From Antedon mediterranea (lineage: Eukaryota > Animalia > Echinodermata), in NCBI RefSeq assembly GCF_964355755.1, contig NC_092671.1, positions 15,557,742 through 15,621,741 on the forward strand: a stretch of 64,000 nt of DNA, in the 5' to 3' direction. Numbering within the stretch: position 1 is the first letter of the stretch; the number at the start of each line of letters is the position of its first letter. Of this stretch, positions 54,401 through 63,900 are shown piece after piece. The position numbers and the translations under genes are program-made. The notes beneath the pieces are model-generated. The model ran no database searches. It saw nothing but the letters and a program-made list of their open reading frames with translations, and had not been told where the DNA came from.

Positions 54401-56671
54401 CTATCCCAAAAATTACTTTCTTCTGCTGCAGGAAAAATATTCAAAACATGACGTTTTAGTGAGTCAACTAGAAAAAATGAAACGTTCAGAAAGTGATCTA
54501 GAAAAGTTGTGTGATCAGATCCAGGAGGAACAAGAAGAAGAAGAAAGAAAACATCAAGAAACAAAGGAAAAATTAAACAAATTAGAGGTAAGAGGCCATT
54601 TGTGTTTTTAATCTATTATTTTTGAATATTTTAGTGTTTTGAAATGGTTGTCTTGTACTTTTATATCCTATACTTTTTATAATCGATTATTTCAATTTTT
54701 TTGTTTTAGAAAAAGTTTTTAGACTTTAAACAAAAATTTGCTGAAATAAATGCAGCATGCGAAAAGATTAAAAAGGAAAAGAAAGACGACGAAACAGAAC
54801 TTAAAAAGACAAAAACTAAACTGGCTGAACTTGAGGTGAGAAGACGTTTAATATTTGAAACAATATTCAATATGTACAATTGTGCAATGCTATATTAAAC
54901 CAATATTTACATTTATTTTACTTCAAAAATTAAATATCGATAATAAAAGCACAACAAAAAAAAACCAACTGTACTGTTCTATCTCAATAGCAATAACCTA
55001 TGTAAATACCGATACTTTTGTTATTTTATTCTTTAGTAATTACATTACCTTTAAATTGTGTTTAAAATTATTTGTTTTGATGTTGTTAGGCCACTGTAAA
55101 AAAGAACCAGTATTTAACAGATGTAAATGCACTAAAGGCCCTTCAACAAGAGCTTCTGGATAAGAAAATGAAAATTGTGTCCTTAGAATCGGAAATTCTA
55201 AAATGTACAGACCCTCTTGAAAAAAGGTAAGCCTTTATATAATTATGAAAGCTAGTGTACACTAGGAAACTTGATCAAACTTTTTTACTTAACAAATCGC
55301 TAGTTTCCTCATATCTTTCACAATTTCATTACAATTGAATTTGCAATACTTTGAAAGTTTGAAATACAATACTATTAGTAAATTTTGTTAATTTTTAGAA
55401 TTTCTCAACTTACCAAGGAACTTGCTGACAGTTTTGAGAAGGTTGAAAGTTGGAAGAATGAAGTGAAAAGATTGCGAAGACTTGATAACGCAGGTACACA
55501 TTTATATAAATATTTTTACCAACAGAATGTCACAATAGTCTTCTTCTCCACATGCCATGTCTTACAAACGATTATGGCTTTCCAATTGTTCAATCTGAAA
55601 CTGTTTCAGTATTCAGTTTGGTGGCAGCACTCGACATGAAGGGACCTTCAGGGGAGTAGAAAGTTGTGGTATGTGTCATCCACACCCAGTAGGCTGCAAG
55701 TTGCAGGTTATTCCCCCATTTACATGGATGTATTATGAAAGTTGGTAATGTGATCATTTGTTTATATTGTAGAGGATGGCAACACCTTGCGAAGATCAGA
55801 GGCTGGTTCTTCCGGGTCTGGCATCATTCAGGAATGTGCTGTGTTTACCCTGAAAGCAGAGAAGTCTAAGCTGGAACTGGAGTTGAAGAAATCAAAACAC
55901 AAAGTTAATGATCTTGAAAAGAAATACAATGAGAAAAGCATGTTTTACCAAGAAGAAATGTGCGTAGTTGGTCACTTGTTGTAGATGTTATGTTATAATA
56001 TAATGGTAGTTTTATTTCAACGGTATGCATTTATCAATTCTCACTGTGTAGTTTTTCTGTTTTTCTTAGTACAAGAAACACAAGACTTCGAGCTGAATTG
56101 AAGCGCTATGTGGAAAAAGTTAGTAGAATTGAGAAATTTCAAGAACCAACAGCTAAAGATGGAAAGAGGCCTCTCAATGGTAAGAGAATGGTTTTCTTTT
56201 ATGTAAATAGTTTCCAAAAATATATCTTTGTAACACAAACATTGGAATTTTGATATTTTATTTAACCTCAACACATGCTAAAATCGTTTACAGAAGCTAA
56301 CATACCAATTGACTGAATAGATGTTTCAATTTAGTCAATCCCGTACAACTGTCATATTCACATTATGTAATAGTAAATATCAGATCAGGAATAACACAAC
56401 ATTTGAGACACATGTACACACTACTTGTTTGATTTGTCTGAAATATGTTAATATAATTTTATACAAAATTTATTTAGATATTCCCACAAATAGTCCGGTT
56501 AAAAAGGCAGCAAAAGTTCACACAACCGTGGAGAGTTTACCAAAAGGTTCGAAGTCTACTACATTAACTGCAATAAAGAAGACAAAACCAAACGACTGGG
56601 ATAATTTTTTGCAGCCTGCCATTGAACAATTAAATGAGGAAGACAATCCTAAACAATGTACTCAACAATAG
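30391..56671 (+). CDS. CENPE: CENP-E-like kinesin-7 (centromere-associated protein E), complete CDS, 40 exons, 2753 aa
   Basis: N-terminal kinesin motor: [25 protein letters not shown]-loop, SSRSHTIF switch [11 protein letters not shown] switch II, neck [15 protein letters not shown] long coiled-coil stalk follows. The C-terminus is ...NPKQCTQQ then stop: a CAAX-type box (vertebrate CENP-E ends CKTQ). Exons, all GT-AG except one GT(gcgt) donor, phase checked, total 8262 nt: 30391-30437, 30596-30696, 30831-30920, 32742-32860, 33149-33259, 33712-33793, 34858-34925, 35223-35291, 35528-35911, 36072-36230, 36613-36790, 36962-37128, 38034-38209, 38710-38830, 39074-39193, 39602-39736, 42446-42663, 42773-42827, 42918-45148, 45298-45568, 48235-48412, 48732-49090, 49497-49676, 49897-50034, 50319-50489, 50624-50794, 50920-51090, 51249-51419, 52073-52243, 52425-52574, 52673-52831, 53469-53636, 54049-54216, 54432-54587, 54710-54835, 55090-55226, 55399-55493, 55773-55959, 56070-56179, 56478-56671. 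Confidence 0.9.
30596..30696 (+). CDS. CENPE: CENP-E-like exon 2 (motor)
   Basis: ttatag|ggaatcc ... ttttg|gtaggt. Confidence 0.85.
30831..30920 (+). CDS. CENPE: CENP-E-like exon 3 (motor)
   Basis: tttcag|attatg ... gatg|gtacta. Confidence 0.85.
31209..32563. mobile_element. Non-autonomous DNA transposon family C, about 1.35 kb (TIR TTAAAGATGTATTGTCCCCC)
   Basis: 31209 ttaaagatgtattgtccccc ... gggggacaatacatctttaa 32563. It has GC-rich sub-terminal inverted repeats (31350-31390 versus 32290-32390). It lies in CENP-E intron 3. The ORFs 31286-31773 and 32215-32418 sit inside the element. Confidence 0.7.
32742..32860 (+). CDS. CENPE: CENP-E-like exon 4 (P-loop GQTSSGKT)
   Basis: ttaaag|gtactatt ... 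gaccag|gtagga. Confidence 0.9.
33149..33259 (+). CDS. CENPE: CENP-E-like exon 5 (motor)
   Basis: ttttatag|tcaactg ... caagag|gtaaat. Confidence 0.85.
33405..33520. mobile_element. Small hairpin/MITE-like element (cactcataaacattca ... tgaaggtttatgagtg)
   Basis: Internal inverted repeat; a related inverted fragment lies at 31120-31160. Confidence 0.4.
33712..33793 (+). CDS. CENPE: CENP-E-like exon 6 (motor)
   Basis: cttgtag|aaacgtg ... ggacc|gtaagt. Confidence 0.85.
33893..34027. mobile_element. MITE family A copy, 5' TIR degraded
   Basis: 3' TIR tttgatagtgttgacagagcttt and core ccccaaatatgg. Confidence 0.5.
34225..34484. mobile_element. MITE family B copy
   Basis: atatatcctcttgtataatcccaccccc ... 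gtgggattaaaccagaggacatacggtatag. Confidence 0.6.
34482..34829. mobile_element. Tc1/mariner-like MITE (TIR AGAGTTCTGCGGTGTGACGTCAC, TA flanks), about 350 bp
   Basis: 34482 agagttctgcggtgtgacgtcac ... gtgacgtcagcacagcagaactct 34829, flanked by TA on both sides. The TIR contains the CRE palindrome TGACGTCA. Its 3' end is 28 bp upstream of the exon 7 acceptor. Confidence 0.65.
34858..34925 (+). CDS. CENPE: CENP-E-like exon 7 (switch I SSRSH)
   Basis: tttacag|aacaacg ... tgtatt|gtaagt. Confidence 0.85.
35223..35291 (+). CDS. CENPE: CENP-E-like exon 8 (motor)
   Basis: ttcatag|gttattg ... gacta|gtaaga. Confidence 0.85.
35528..35911 (+). CDS. CENPE: CENP-E-like exon 9 (switch II DLAGSE, neck)
   Basis: ttttag|aaccttg ... 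gatcag|gtaatt. Confidence 0.9.
35909..36035 (+). repeat. About 65-bp tandem duplication copying the exon 9 splice donor
   Basis: caggtaattcatttttaaaaaagattatggattgataagtccaatcttaacataggttatttgt is followed by a second copy caggtaattcatttaaaaaagattatacggatctagtccaatcttaacataggtgtttgtt. Confidence 0.85.
36072..36230 (+). CDS. CENPE: CENP-E-like exon 10
   Basis: tctcag|tttgat ... aaaagg|gtaaga. Confidence 0.8.
36613..36790 (+). CDS. CENPE: CENP-E-like exon 11
   Basis: tttttag|ccaaac ... tgatg|gtatgt. Confidence 0.8.
36962..37128 (+). CDS. CENPE: CENP-E-like exon 12 (contains KKKRRR basic patch)
   Basis: tttacag|aatttt ... acagag|gtatgt. Confidence 0.8.
37187..37723. mobile_element. Family C MITE copy, about 540 bp (TIR AAAGATGTATTGTCCC)
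   Basis: gaaagatgtattgtcccttt ... aaagggacaatacatctttaa; in CENP-E intron 12. Confidence 0.7.
37820..37968. mobile_element. MITE family A copy
   Basis: agctctgtctacattatcaaa ... tatagtgtagacagacctt. Confidence 0.7.
38034..38209 (+). CDS. CENPE: CENP-E-like exon 13
   Basis: tttctag|aatgta ... acaat|gtaagc. Confidence 0.8.
38710..38830 (+). CDS. CENPE: CENP-E-like exon 14
   Basis: tggcag|ggaaat ... attgag|gtatta. Confidence 0.8.
39074..39193 (+). CDS. CENPE: CENP-E-like exon 15
   Basis: tccctag|ataaaac ... gatcag|gtaata. Confidence 0.8.
39602..39736 (+). CDS. CENPE: CENP-E-like exon 16
   Basis: gtgacag|actgga ... gagatg|gtaagg. Confidence 0.8.
39850..41777. mobile_element. hAT-like non-autonomous element, about 1.9 kb (TIR CAGGGCTCGATTTA), carrying a nested insertion
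   Basis: 39850 cagggctcgattta ... taaatcgagccctg 41777. Sub-terminal tagcccactgggcta / tagcccggagctg repeats. It contains the nested element at 40139-40898 and AGGCCT-rich tracts. It is followed by (CATACACTCATTCC)x3. Confidence 0.55.
40139..40898. mobile_element. hAT-like MITE (short derivative of the 27039-30016 element), 8-bp TSD AATTAACT
   Basis: Same TIRs ggcgctactgcagtttcgcaccacac ... gtgtggtgcgaaactgcagtagcgcc. The first 230 bp and last 380 bp are 90-95% identical to the ends of the 2.98-kb copy. The octamer aattaact is duplicated at both flanks. Confidence 0.8.
41894..42436. mobile_element. hAT-like MITE (TIR CAGGGATGTCACCA), 8-bp TSD TT(T/A)TATAT
   Basis: cagggatgtcaccacgg ... tggttacatccctg. 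Internal palindromic G/C homopolymers (ccccccccacccgattttttttggggggaggggggg). It ends 10 bp before the exon 17 acceptor. Confidence 0.6.
42446..42663 (+). CDS. CENPE: CENP-E-like exon 17
   Basis: tatatag|gaaagt ... gaacg|gtaaat; the acceptor is 10 bp from a hAT-like TE terminus. Confidence 0.8.
42773..42827 (+). CDS. CENPE: CENP-E-like exon 18
   Basis: tttttag|tcttac ... acaagt|gtaagt. Confidence 0.75.
42918..45148 (+). CDS. CENPE: CENP-E-like giant coiled-coil exon 19 (2231 nt) with internal 41-44-aa tandem repeats
   Basis: Corresponds to the six-frame ORF 42906-45152. Acceptor ttttgcag|agtgtt, donor acaca|gtaagt. Confidence 0.9.
43000..43900 (+). repeat. Coding tandem repeat, 123-132-bp units x about 7, inside CENP-E exon 19
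   Basis: The 41-44-aa unit [10 protein letters not shown](ERVT/V)[29 protein letters not shown] is repeated in frame. Confidence 0.9.
45298..45568 (+). CDS. CENPE: CENP-E-like exon 20
   Basis: atccag|gcttga ... cccag|gtataa. Confidence 0.8.
45735..48210 (+). mobile_element. 5'-truncated non-LTR retrotransposon (CR1/L2/Rex1-like) with a long intact RT ORF
   Basis: ORF 45747-48065 (772 aa): C-terminal part of the AP-endonuclease (INGDFNRC), an RT domain with [18 protein letters not shown] and FADDT motifs, and a 3' tail ending in (TTATC)4 at 48190-48210. It lies in CENP-E intron 20, sense orientation, 25 bp upstream of the exon 21 acceptor. Confidence 0.85.
48235..48412 (+). CDS. CENPE: CENP-E-like exon 21
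   Basis: tttaaag|gacctt ... ttaaag|gttcgt. Confidence 0.8.
48732..49090 (+). CDS. CENPE: CENP-E-like exon 22
   Basis: atttag|actcaa ... ttacag|gtaaca. Confidence 0.8.
49497..49676 (+). CDS. CENPE: CENP-E-like exon 23
   Basis: atatag|gatgag ... caatg|gtattt. Confidence 0.8.
49897..50034 (+). CDS. CENPE: CENP-E-like exon 24 (ends ..QEINTLQ)
   Basis: ttacag|gagaag ... tacag|gtggga. Confidence 0.8.
50107..50246. mobile_element. MITE family A copy
   Basis: Same TIRs; core gtgcccatatatggacc. Confidence 0.75.
50319..50489 (+). CDS. CENPE: CENP-E-like exon 25 (57-aa module, ends ..QEMDTLQ)
   Basis: aattag|gaggat ... tacag|gtatag. Confidence 0.8.
50624..50794 (+). CDS. CENPE: CENP-E-like exon 26 (57-aa module, ends ..QELKSLQ)
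   Basis: taatag|aaagat ... tacag|gtgggc. Confidence 0.8.
50920..51090 (+). CDS. CENPE: CENP-E-like exon 27 (57-aa module, ends ..QEISTLQ)
   Basis: aatag|gaagat ... tacag|gtagga. Confidence 0.8.
51249..51419 (+). CDS. CENPE: CENP-E-like exon 28 (near-identical duplicate of exon 25)
   Basis: aattag|gaggat ... tacag|gtatag. Confidence 0.75.
51481..51985. mobile_element. MITE (TIR AGGGAGGTTTCGCAA(C/T)CTTAC(A/G)AATACGATAAC(G/A)AAAACGG), about 505 bp
   Basis: About 40-bp terminal inverted repeats. It is present in duplicate copy 2 (the intron after exon 28). The paralogous intron after exon 25 has the empty site ggtacat-gatgtttgc. Confidence 0.8.
52073..52243 (+). CDS. CENPE: CENP-E-like exon 29 (duplicate of exon 26)
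   Basis: taatag|ggagat ... tacag|gtgggc. Confidence 0.75.
52425..52574 (+). CDS. CENPE: CENP-E-like exon 30 (duplicate of exon 27 with a 21-nt deletion)
   Basis: aatag|gaagat ... tacag|gtagga. Confidence 0.75.
52673..52831 (+). CDS. CENPE: CENP-E-like exon 31
   Basis: catacag|actgat ... tgatg|gtatgt. Confidence 0.75.
53469..53636 (+). CDS. CENPE: CENP-E-like exon 32
   Basis: cttacag|tgtagc ... aacaa|gtaagt. Confidence 0.8.
54049..54216 (+). CDS. CENPE: CENP-E-like exon 33
   Basis: tctgtag|gataag ... tagag|gtaatt. Confidence 0.8.
54432..54587 (+). CDS. CENPE: CENP-E-like exon 34 (paralogous to exon 33)
   Basis: gctgcag|gaaaaa ... tagag|gtaaga. Confidence 0.8.
54710..54835 (+). CDS. CENPE: CENP-E-like exon 35
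   Basis: ttttag|aaaaag ... ttgag|gtgaga. Confidence 0.8.
55090..55226 (+). CDS. CENPE: CENP-E-like exon 36
   Basis: ttgttag|gccact ... aaaag|gtaagc. Confidence 0.8.
55399..55493 (+). CDS. CENPE: CENP-E-like exon 37
   Basis: tttttag|aatttc ... cgcag|gtacac. Confidence 0.8.
55773..55959 (+). CDS. CENPE: CENP-E-like exon 38
   Basis: attgtag|aggatg ... gaaat|gtgcgt (non-canonical GTGCGT donor, the weakest junction in the model). Confidence 0.65.
56070..56179 (+). CDS. CENPE: CENP-E-like exon 39
   Basis: tcttag|tacaag ... caatg|gtaaga. Confidence 0.75.
56478..56671 (+). CDS. CENPE: CENP-E-like terminal exon 40 (CAAX-type box CTQQ, stop TAG 56669-56671)
   Basis: atttag|atattc ...; agrees with the six-frame ORF ending at 56671. 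Confidence 0.85.
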
Positions 56672-56772
56672 ATACATAACCTATGTAAATAATATGAATA
56701 ATTTATCTACCTATTAAAATCATTTTAATCAGTGTGTATAGGTCTAATATATATATATTGGAGAGAGACACA

Positions 56773-56891
56773 AGCTCTAGGTCTACACTATCAAACTTTA
56801 TGTGACAAACAAATGTGATGTGCCTATATATGGACATGTCATATCACTACTATATTTCACACTTTTTGGTCAAACTAGTGTAGACAGAGCT
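56773..56891. mobile_element. MITE family A copy (slightly degenerate), in the CENP-E-like 3' UTR region
   Basis: agctctaggtctacactatcaaa ... ctagtgtagacagagctt; core cctatatatgg. Confidence 0.6.
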
Positions 56892-57666
56892 TAATGCATA
56901 AAGCTTGGTTCCAAGTTTGGATGCAACACAATGACGTAGAAGATTGGTCAAATAACTTACGGTGTGCTTGTGTTGCATCCTAATGGGAACCATGTTTGTC
57001 TTACTGTATAAAGTACTGTACAAAATGTGTATGAATCCATCAATAGGATGAGTGTCTTTCAAATATTCCTCATTCCAATTTAGATCATGCATTATAATAT
57101 TAGTTTATTAAGCAAAAACTTACATTTATTAATAATTTTATATTTATAAATTGTATTAGTTTATATTACTTGTTATTGCATTCGTTGAAGTTGCCTTTTA
57201 TTTCTGGTCAAAAGGATAAGTATTTGTTTTTATATTATTTAAATAATGTATAGTGAAATTATAACAAAGAAAGTTTGTATAATTGTTTTTATGCATTTAA
57301 GTAGAGACAGGGAGATTCCCTGGTAACAACTTTCCTAAATAAATTACTAGTAGTTCTACTCCATCTCTGTTTGATATTTTTGTAATCAATCTTATATTTT
57401 CTTATTATCAATAATTGTTTCCACAATAAATATATATAGTGGATTTCTTTAGGTAGATTTTCTCTATATACGAAAAATAACCAGTATGACCTTTTCAAAA
57501 ATCAATTATTATGTAGTAATATTGCTTTATATGCAAATATCTCCCATTATCATTATCATCTTATGTAGTCATATTAACCAGTTATGGCCTACTAAAATAA
57601 AAGGGTCGAAATTTTGCCAATTGTTGAATATTTCTCTGTACTACTATACGGTATATAGTACAGAAA

Positions 57667-57900
57667 GGAGTTGGATAGCCGAGTGGTTAGGACACTTGAC
57701 TGTCATACAGATAGACCCGGGTTCAATTCCCGACAACTCCCAGTTCACTCAGCTGTAAATGAGTACCTAGTTGAAAATACTAGGGAGAAAAAAGGCGGTG
57801 TGGAGAGGAACTGGCCACCCTACCACATAATTCCGAGCCTTGGTACAATGAGCTCCTAACAGCTCATTCCCCTACGTTCAGAATGAACCTTTACCTTTAT
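57667..57900 (+). ncRNA. tRNA-like pol III element (tRNA pseudogene or tRNA-derived SINE head plus body)
   Basis: A perfect 7-bp acceptor stem GGAGTTG/CAACTCC, an A-box TAGCCGAGTGGTTAGG, and a B-box/T-arm GGTTCAATTCC. The D and anticodon arms do not fold. A non-tRNA tail of about 160 bp follows. Confidence 0.35.
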
Positions 57901-60900
57901 AGTACAGGGATTTTTTCCAAAAATGGCAAAAATATCCAGTTTTTAAAATTCAATCATTATTATGCGATAATACAGTATTGCTATATATGTGCATATATTG
58001 CGTTATCATCTTATTATAGATTATTTGTAACCAATTATGTCGAAAAATAAAATGGTCGAAATTTGGTGATTTTTCGAAAATTTCTCTGTACTATACTGCC
58101 CTGTCATGAAAGAACGACTCAACTGACACATTTTTCAAAAATCACTTTTTTAACTTTTTGGGCTATTTAGGGCCGGGAATGATACACCTTGTGGTATATT
58201 CAGATATTCAAAATTTTAACTAGAAATATGAAATTTAAAAATCAAAATACCACTCAATTACAAGTGTGTGTGTTACTATTGTCACCAAAGACTAACTCAA
58301 CTACAAATGCCATGAAAGACTCACTCAAATGACATATTAACACCTATTATCATAGGAAACCCACCATTCAAGTGCACAACAATGGTGTTAATTGCACAGC
58401 AAGCTGTGTAATGTTGTTGTTTTAAATATAAAATAATTTGGTACTGCCCTACGAATAATTGTCAATAATTATTTTATTCAATACTCACTTAAACTTGTTT
58501 AGTTATTATTAGAGTATTAATTTTATTTCTGTAATATTTAGAATTAAATGCCCCGGAGAGAGACTATGTGAACACCGTAATGATATTATTATTGAATATT
58601 CTCCCCCTTAAATTAATACTTAAAACTAAAGTAAAAATACAAGAAACATGAAAAATAATTTTCGAAAATTTCCCTGTACTATAGTACAGGAATTTTTCAA
58701 AAAATGGCAAATTTTCGACCTTTTTATTTTTCGATAAAACTGGTTATAATAGCACAATTGACATGCGCTGAACTCATTATTCGACCCGGCGTATGTTTAT
58801 TATGCAATAGTAACCATTTATGTCAAAATATAAAAGGGTCGAAAATCGGCAATTTTTCAAAAATTTCCCTGTACTATAGTACAGGGATTTTTAAAAAAAT
58901 GGCAATTTTCAACCTTTTTTTTTCTCGATAAAACTGGTTACTATAGCACAATTGACATGCGCAGAATCCATTATTCGCCTCTGCGCATGTTTATTATGCT
59001 ATCTTAACCATTTATGTAAAAACTTCTCTGCGCATGTTTATTATGCAATAGTAACCATTTATGTCAAAAAATAAAAGGGTGGAAAATCGGCAATTTTTCA
59101 AAAATTTCCCTGTACTATAGTACAGGAATTTTTCAAAATATGGCAAATTTTCGACCTTTTTATTTGTCGATAAAACTGGTTAACCACTTTTGACACAAAT
59201 GGTTACTATAGCATAATAAACATGCGCAGAGTCGAATATTGGGTTCTGCGCATGTCAATTTTGCTATAGTAACCGTTTATGTCAAATATGGTTATGATAG
59301 CACAATTGACATGCGCATAACCCATTATTCGACTCTTCGCATGTTTATTATGATATAGTAACCATTTATGTCAAAACTGGATACTGTAGCACAATTGACA
59401 TGCGCAGAACCCATTATTCGTCTCTTCGCATGTTTATTATGCTATAGTAACCATTTATGTCAAAAACTGGTTACTGTAGCACAATTGACATGCGCAGAAC
59501 CCATTATTCGTCTCTGCGCATGTTTATTATGATATAGTAACCATTTTTGTCAAAAAATAAAAGGGTCGAAAATCGGCAATTTTTCGAAAATTTCCCTGTA
59601 CTAGTATAGTACACGAATTTTTTTTTTAAATGGCCAATTTTCGACCTTTTTATTTTTCGATAAAACTGGTTACTATAGGACAATTAACATGCGCAGAACC
59701 ATTTATGTCAAAACTGGTTACTGTAGCACAATTGACATGCGCAGAACCCATTATTCGTATCTGCGCATGTTTATTATGCAATAGTAACCATTTATGTCAC
59801 AAAATTTCCCTGTACTATAGTACAGGGATTTTTCCAAAAATGGCAAATTTTCGACCTTTTTATTTTTCGATAAAACTGGTTACTATAGCACAATTGACAT
59901 GCGCATAACCCATTATTCGCCTCTGCGCAAGTTTATTATGCTATAGTAACCATTTATGTCAAATATGGTTATGATAGCACAAAACAAAAGAGTCGAAAAT
60001 CGGCCATTTTTTCAAAATTTCCCTGTACAGGGATTTTTTTCAAGAAAATTGCCAATTTTCGACCTTTTTATTTTTCGATAAAACTGGTTACTATAGCACA
60101 ATTAACATGCGCAGAACCCATTAGTCGCCTTTGCGCATGTTTATTATGCTATAGTAACCACTTTTGACATAAATGGTTACTATAGCATAATAAACATGCG
60201 CAGAGTCGAATAATGGGTTCTGCGCATGTCAATTGTGCTATAGTAACCATTTATGTCAAATATGGTTATGATATCACAATTGACATGCGCAGAACCTATT
60301 ATTCGACTCTGCGCATGTTTATTATGCAATAGTAACCATTTACGTCAAAAAATAAAAGGGTCGAAAATCGGCCATTTTTCGAAAATTTCCCTGTACTAAT
60401 AGTACAGGAATTTTTTTTTTAAATGGCCAATTTTCGACCTTTTTATTTTTTGATAAAACTGGTTACTATAGCACACTTAACATGTGCAGAACCCATTACT
60501 CGCCTCTGCGCATGTTTATTATGCTATAGTAACCATTTATGTCAAATATGGTTATGATAGCACAATTAACATGCGCAGAACCCATTAGTCGCCTCTGCGC
60601 ATGTTTATTATGCTATAGTAACCATTTATGTCACAAAATAAAAGGGTCGAAAATCGGCAATTTTTCGAAAATTTCCCTGTACTATAGGCTATATAGTTCA
60701 GGAATTTTTCCAAAAATTGCAAATTTTCGACCTTTTTATTTTTCGATAAAACTAGTTACTATAGCACAATTAACATGCGCAGAACCCATTACTCGCATCT
60801 GCGCATGTTTATTATGCTATAGTAACCATTTATGTCAAATATGGTTATGATAGCACAATTGACATGCGCAGAACCCATTATTCGACTCTGCGCATGTTTA

Positions 60901-63900
60901 TTATGCAATAGTAACAATTTTTGTCAAAAAATAAAAGGGTCGAAAATCGGCAATTTTTCGAAAATTTCCCTGTACTAGTATAGTACACGAATTTTTTTTT
61001 TAAATGGCCAATTTTCGACCTTTTTATTTTTCGATAAAACTGGTTACTATAGGACAATTAACATGCGCAGAACCATTTATGTCAAAACTGGTTACTGTAG
61101 CACAATTGACATGCGCAGAACCCATTATTCGTATCTGCGCATGTTTATTATGCAATAGTAACCATTTATGTCACAAAATTTCCCTGTACTATAGTACAGG
61201 GATTTTTCCAAAAATGGCAAATTTTCGACCTTTTTATTTTTCGATAAAACTGGTTACTATAGCACACTTAACATGTGCAGAACCCATTACTCGCCTCTGC
61301 GCATGTTTATTATGCTATAGTAACCATTTATGTCAAATATGGTTATGATAGCACAATTAACATGCGCAGAACCCATTAGTCGCCTCTGCGCATGTTTATT
61401 ATGCTATAGTAACCATTTATGTCACAAAATAAAAGGGTCGAAAATCGGCAATTTTTCGAAAATTTCCCTGTACTATAGGCTATATAGTTCAGGAATTTTT
61501 CCAAAAATTGCAAATTTTCGACCTTTTTATTTTTCGATAAAACTAGTTACTATAGCACAATTAACATGCGCAGAACCCATTACTCGCATCTGCGCATGTT
61601 TATTATGCTATAGTAACCATTTATGTCAAATATGGTTATGATAGCACAATTGACATGCGCAGAACCCATTATTCGTCTCTGCGCATGTTTATTATGATAT
61701 AGTAACCATTTTTGTCAAAAAATAAAAGGGTCGAAAATCGGCAATTTTTCGAAAATTTCCCTGTACTAGTATAGTACACGAATTTTTTTTTTAAATGGCC
61801 AATTTTCGACCTTTTTATTTTTCGATAAAACTGGTTACTATAGGACAATTAACATGCGCAGAACCATTTATGTCAAAACTGGTTACTGTAGCACAATTGA
61901 CATGCGCAGAACCCATTATTCGTATCTGCGCATGTTTATTATGCAATAGTAACCATTTATGTCACAAAATTTCCCTGTACTATAGTACAGGGATTTTTCC
62001 AAAAATGGCAAATTTTCGACCTTTTTATTTTTCGATAAAACTGGTTACTATAGCACACTTAACATGTGCAGAACCCATTACTCGCCTCTGCGCATGTTTA
62101 TTATGCTATAGTAACCATTTATGTCAAATATGGTTATGATAGCACAATTAACATGCGCAGAACCCATTAGTCGCCTCTGCGCATGTTTATTATGCTATAG
62201 TAACCATTTATGTCACAAAATAAAAGGGTCGAAAATCGGCAATTTTTCGAAAATTTCCCTGTACTATAGGCTATATAGTTCAGGAATTTTTCCAAAAATT
62301 GCAAATTTGACATGCGCATAACCCATTATTCGCCTCTGCGCAAGTTTATTATGCTATAGTAACCATTTATGTCAAATATGGTTATGATAGCACAAAACAA
62401 AAGAGTCGAAAATCGGCCATTTTTTCAAAATTTCCCTGTACAGGGATTTTTTTCAAGAAAATTGCCAATTTTCGACCTTTTTATTTTTCGATAAAACTGG
62501 TTACTATAGCACAATTAACATGCGCAGAACCCATTAGTCGCCTTTGCGCATGTTTATTATGCTATAGTAACCACTTTTGACATAAATGGTTACTATAGCA
62601 TAATAAACATGCGCAGAGTCGAATAATGGGTTCTGCGCATGTCAATTGTGCTATAGTAACCATTTATGTCAAATATGGTTATGATATCACAATTGACATG
62701 CGCAGAACCTATTATTCGACTCTGCGCATGTTTATTATGCAATAGTAACCATTTACGTCAAAAAATAAAAGGGTCGAAAATCGGCCATTTTTCGAAAATT
62801 TCCCTGTACTAATAGTACAGGAATTTTTTTTTTAAATGGCCAATTTTCGACCTTTTTATTTTTTGATAAAACTGGTTACTATAGCACACTTAACATGTGC
62901 AGAACCCATTACTCGCCTCTGCGCATGTTTATTATGCTATAGTAACCATTTATGTCAAATATGGTTATGATAGCACAATTAACATGCGCAGAACCCATTA
63001 GTCGCCTCTGCGCATGTTTATTATGCTATAGTAACCATTTATGTCACAAAATAAAAGGGTCGAAAATCGGCAATTTTTCGAAAATTTCCCTGTACTATAG
63101 GCTATATAGTTCAGGAATTTTTCCAAAAATTGCAAATTTTCGACCTTTTTATTTTTCGATAAAACTAGTTACTATAGCACAATTAACATGCGCAGAACCC
63201 ATTACTCGCATCTGCGCATGTTTATTATGCTATAGTAACCATTTATGTCAAATATGGTTATGATAGCACAATTGACATGCGCAGAACCCATTATTCGACT
63301 CTGCGCATGTTTATTATGCAATAGTAACAATTTACGTCAAAAAATAAAAAGGGAACATTTCCCTGTACTATATATAGTACAGGAATTTATTTAAAAAATG
63401 GCAAATTTTCGACCTTTTTATTTTTCGATAAAACTGGTTACTATAGCACAATTAACATGCGCAGAACCCATTAGTTGCCTCTGTGCATGTTTATTATGCT
63501 ATAGTAACCATTTATGTCAAAACTGGTTACTGTAGCAATTTTCGAGAATTTTGATAACGCAACATATGTGCATATATAGCAATATTATCGCATAATAATT
63601 GAATTTAAAAAATTGAATATTTTGGCCAAAGTTAAATTATTATGCGATAATATTGCTATATATGCGCATATGTTGCGTGTTATAACGTGTTATAGAGTGT
63701 TTGTAATGTCGAAAAAGAAAAGGGTTGAAATTTGGTCATTTTTAGACAATAATCCCTGTACTATACTACAGGGATTTTTTCAAGAAATGACCAAATTTCG
63801 GCCTTTCTATTTTTCGACTTAAGTGGTCACTATTATCATAATTTACATGCGCAAAACACGTAAAATGATACTCATTTATGAAAAAAAAATAAAAGTGTCG

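Noticed and set aside
58704-63822. Fifteen-plus ORFs of 66-114 aa (MANFRPFYFSIKLVTI..., MSNMVMIAQLTCAEP...) in the 3' satellite
   Set aside because: They are periodic translations of the palindromic repeat units: identical proteins recur at 791-bp spacing, with no splice or codon-usage signal.
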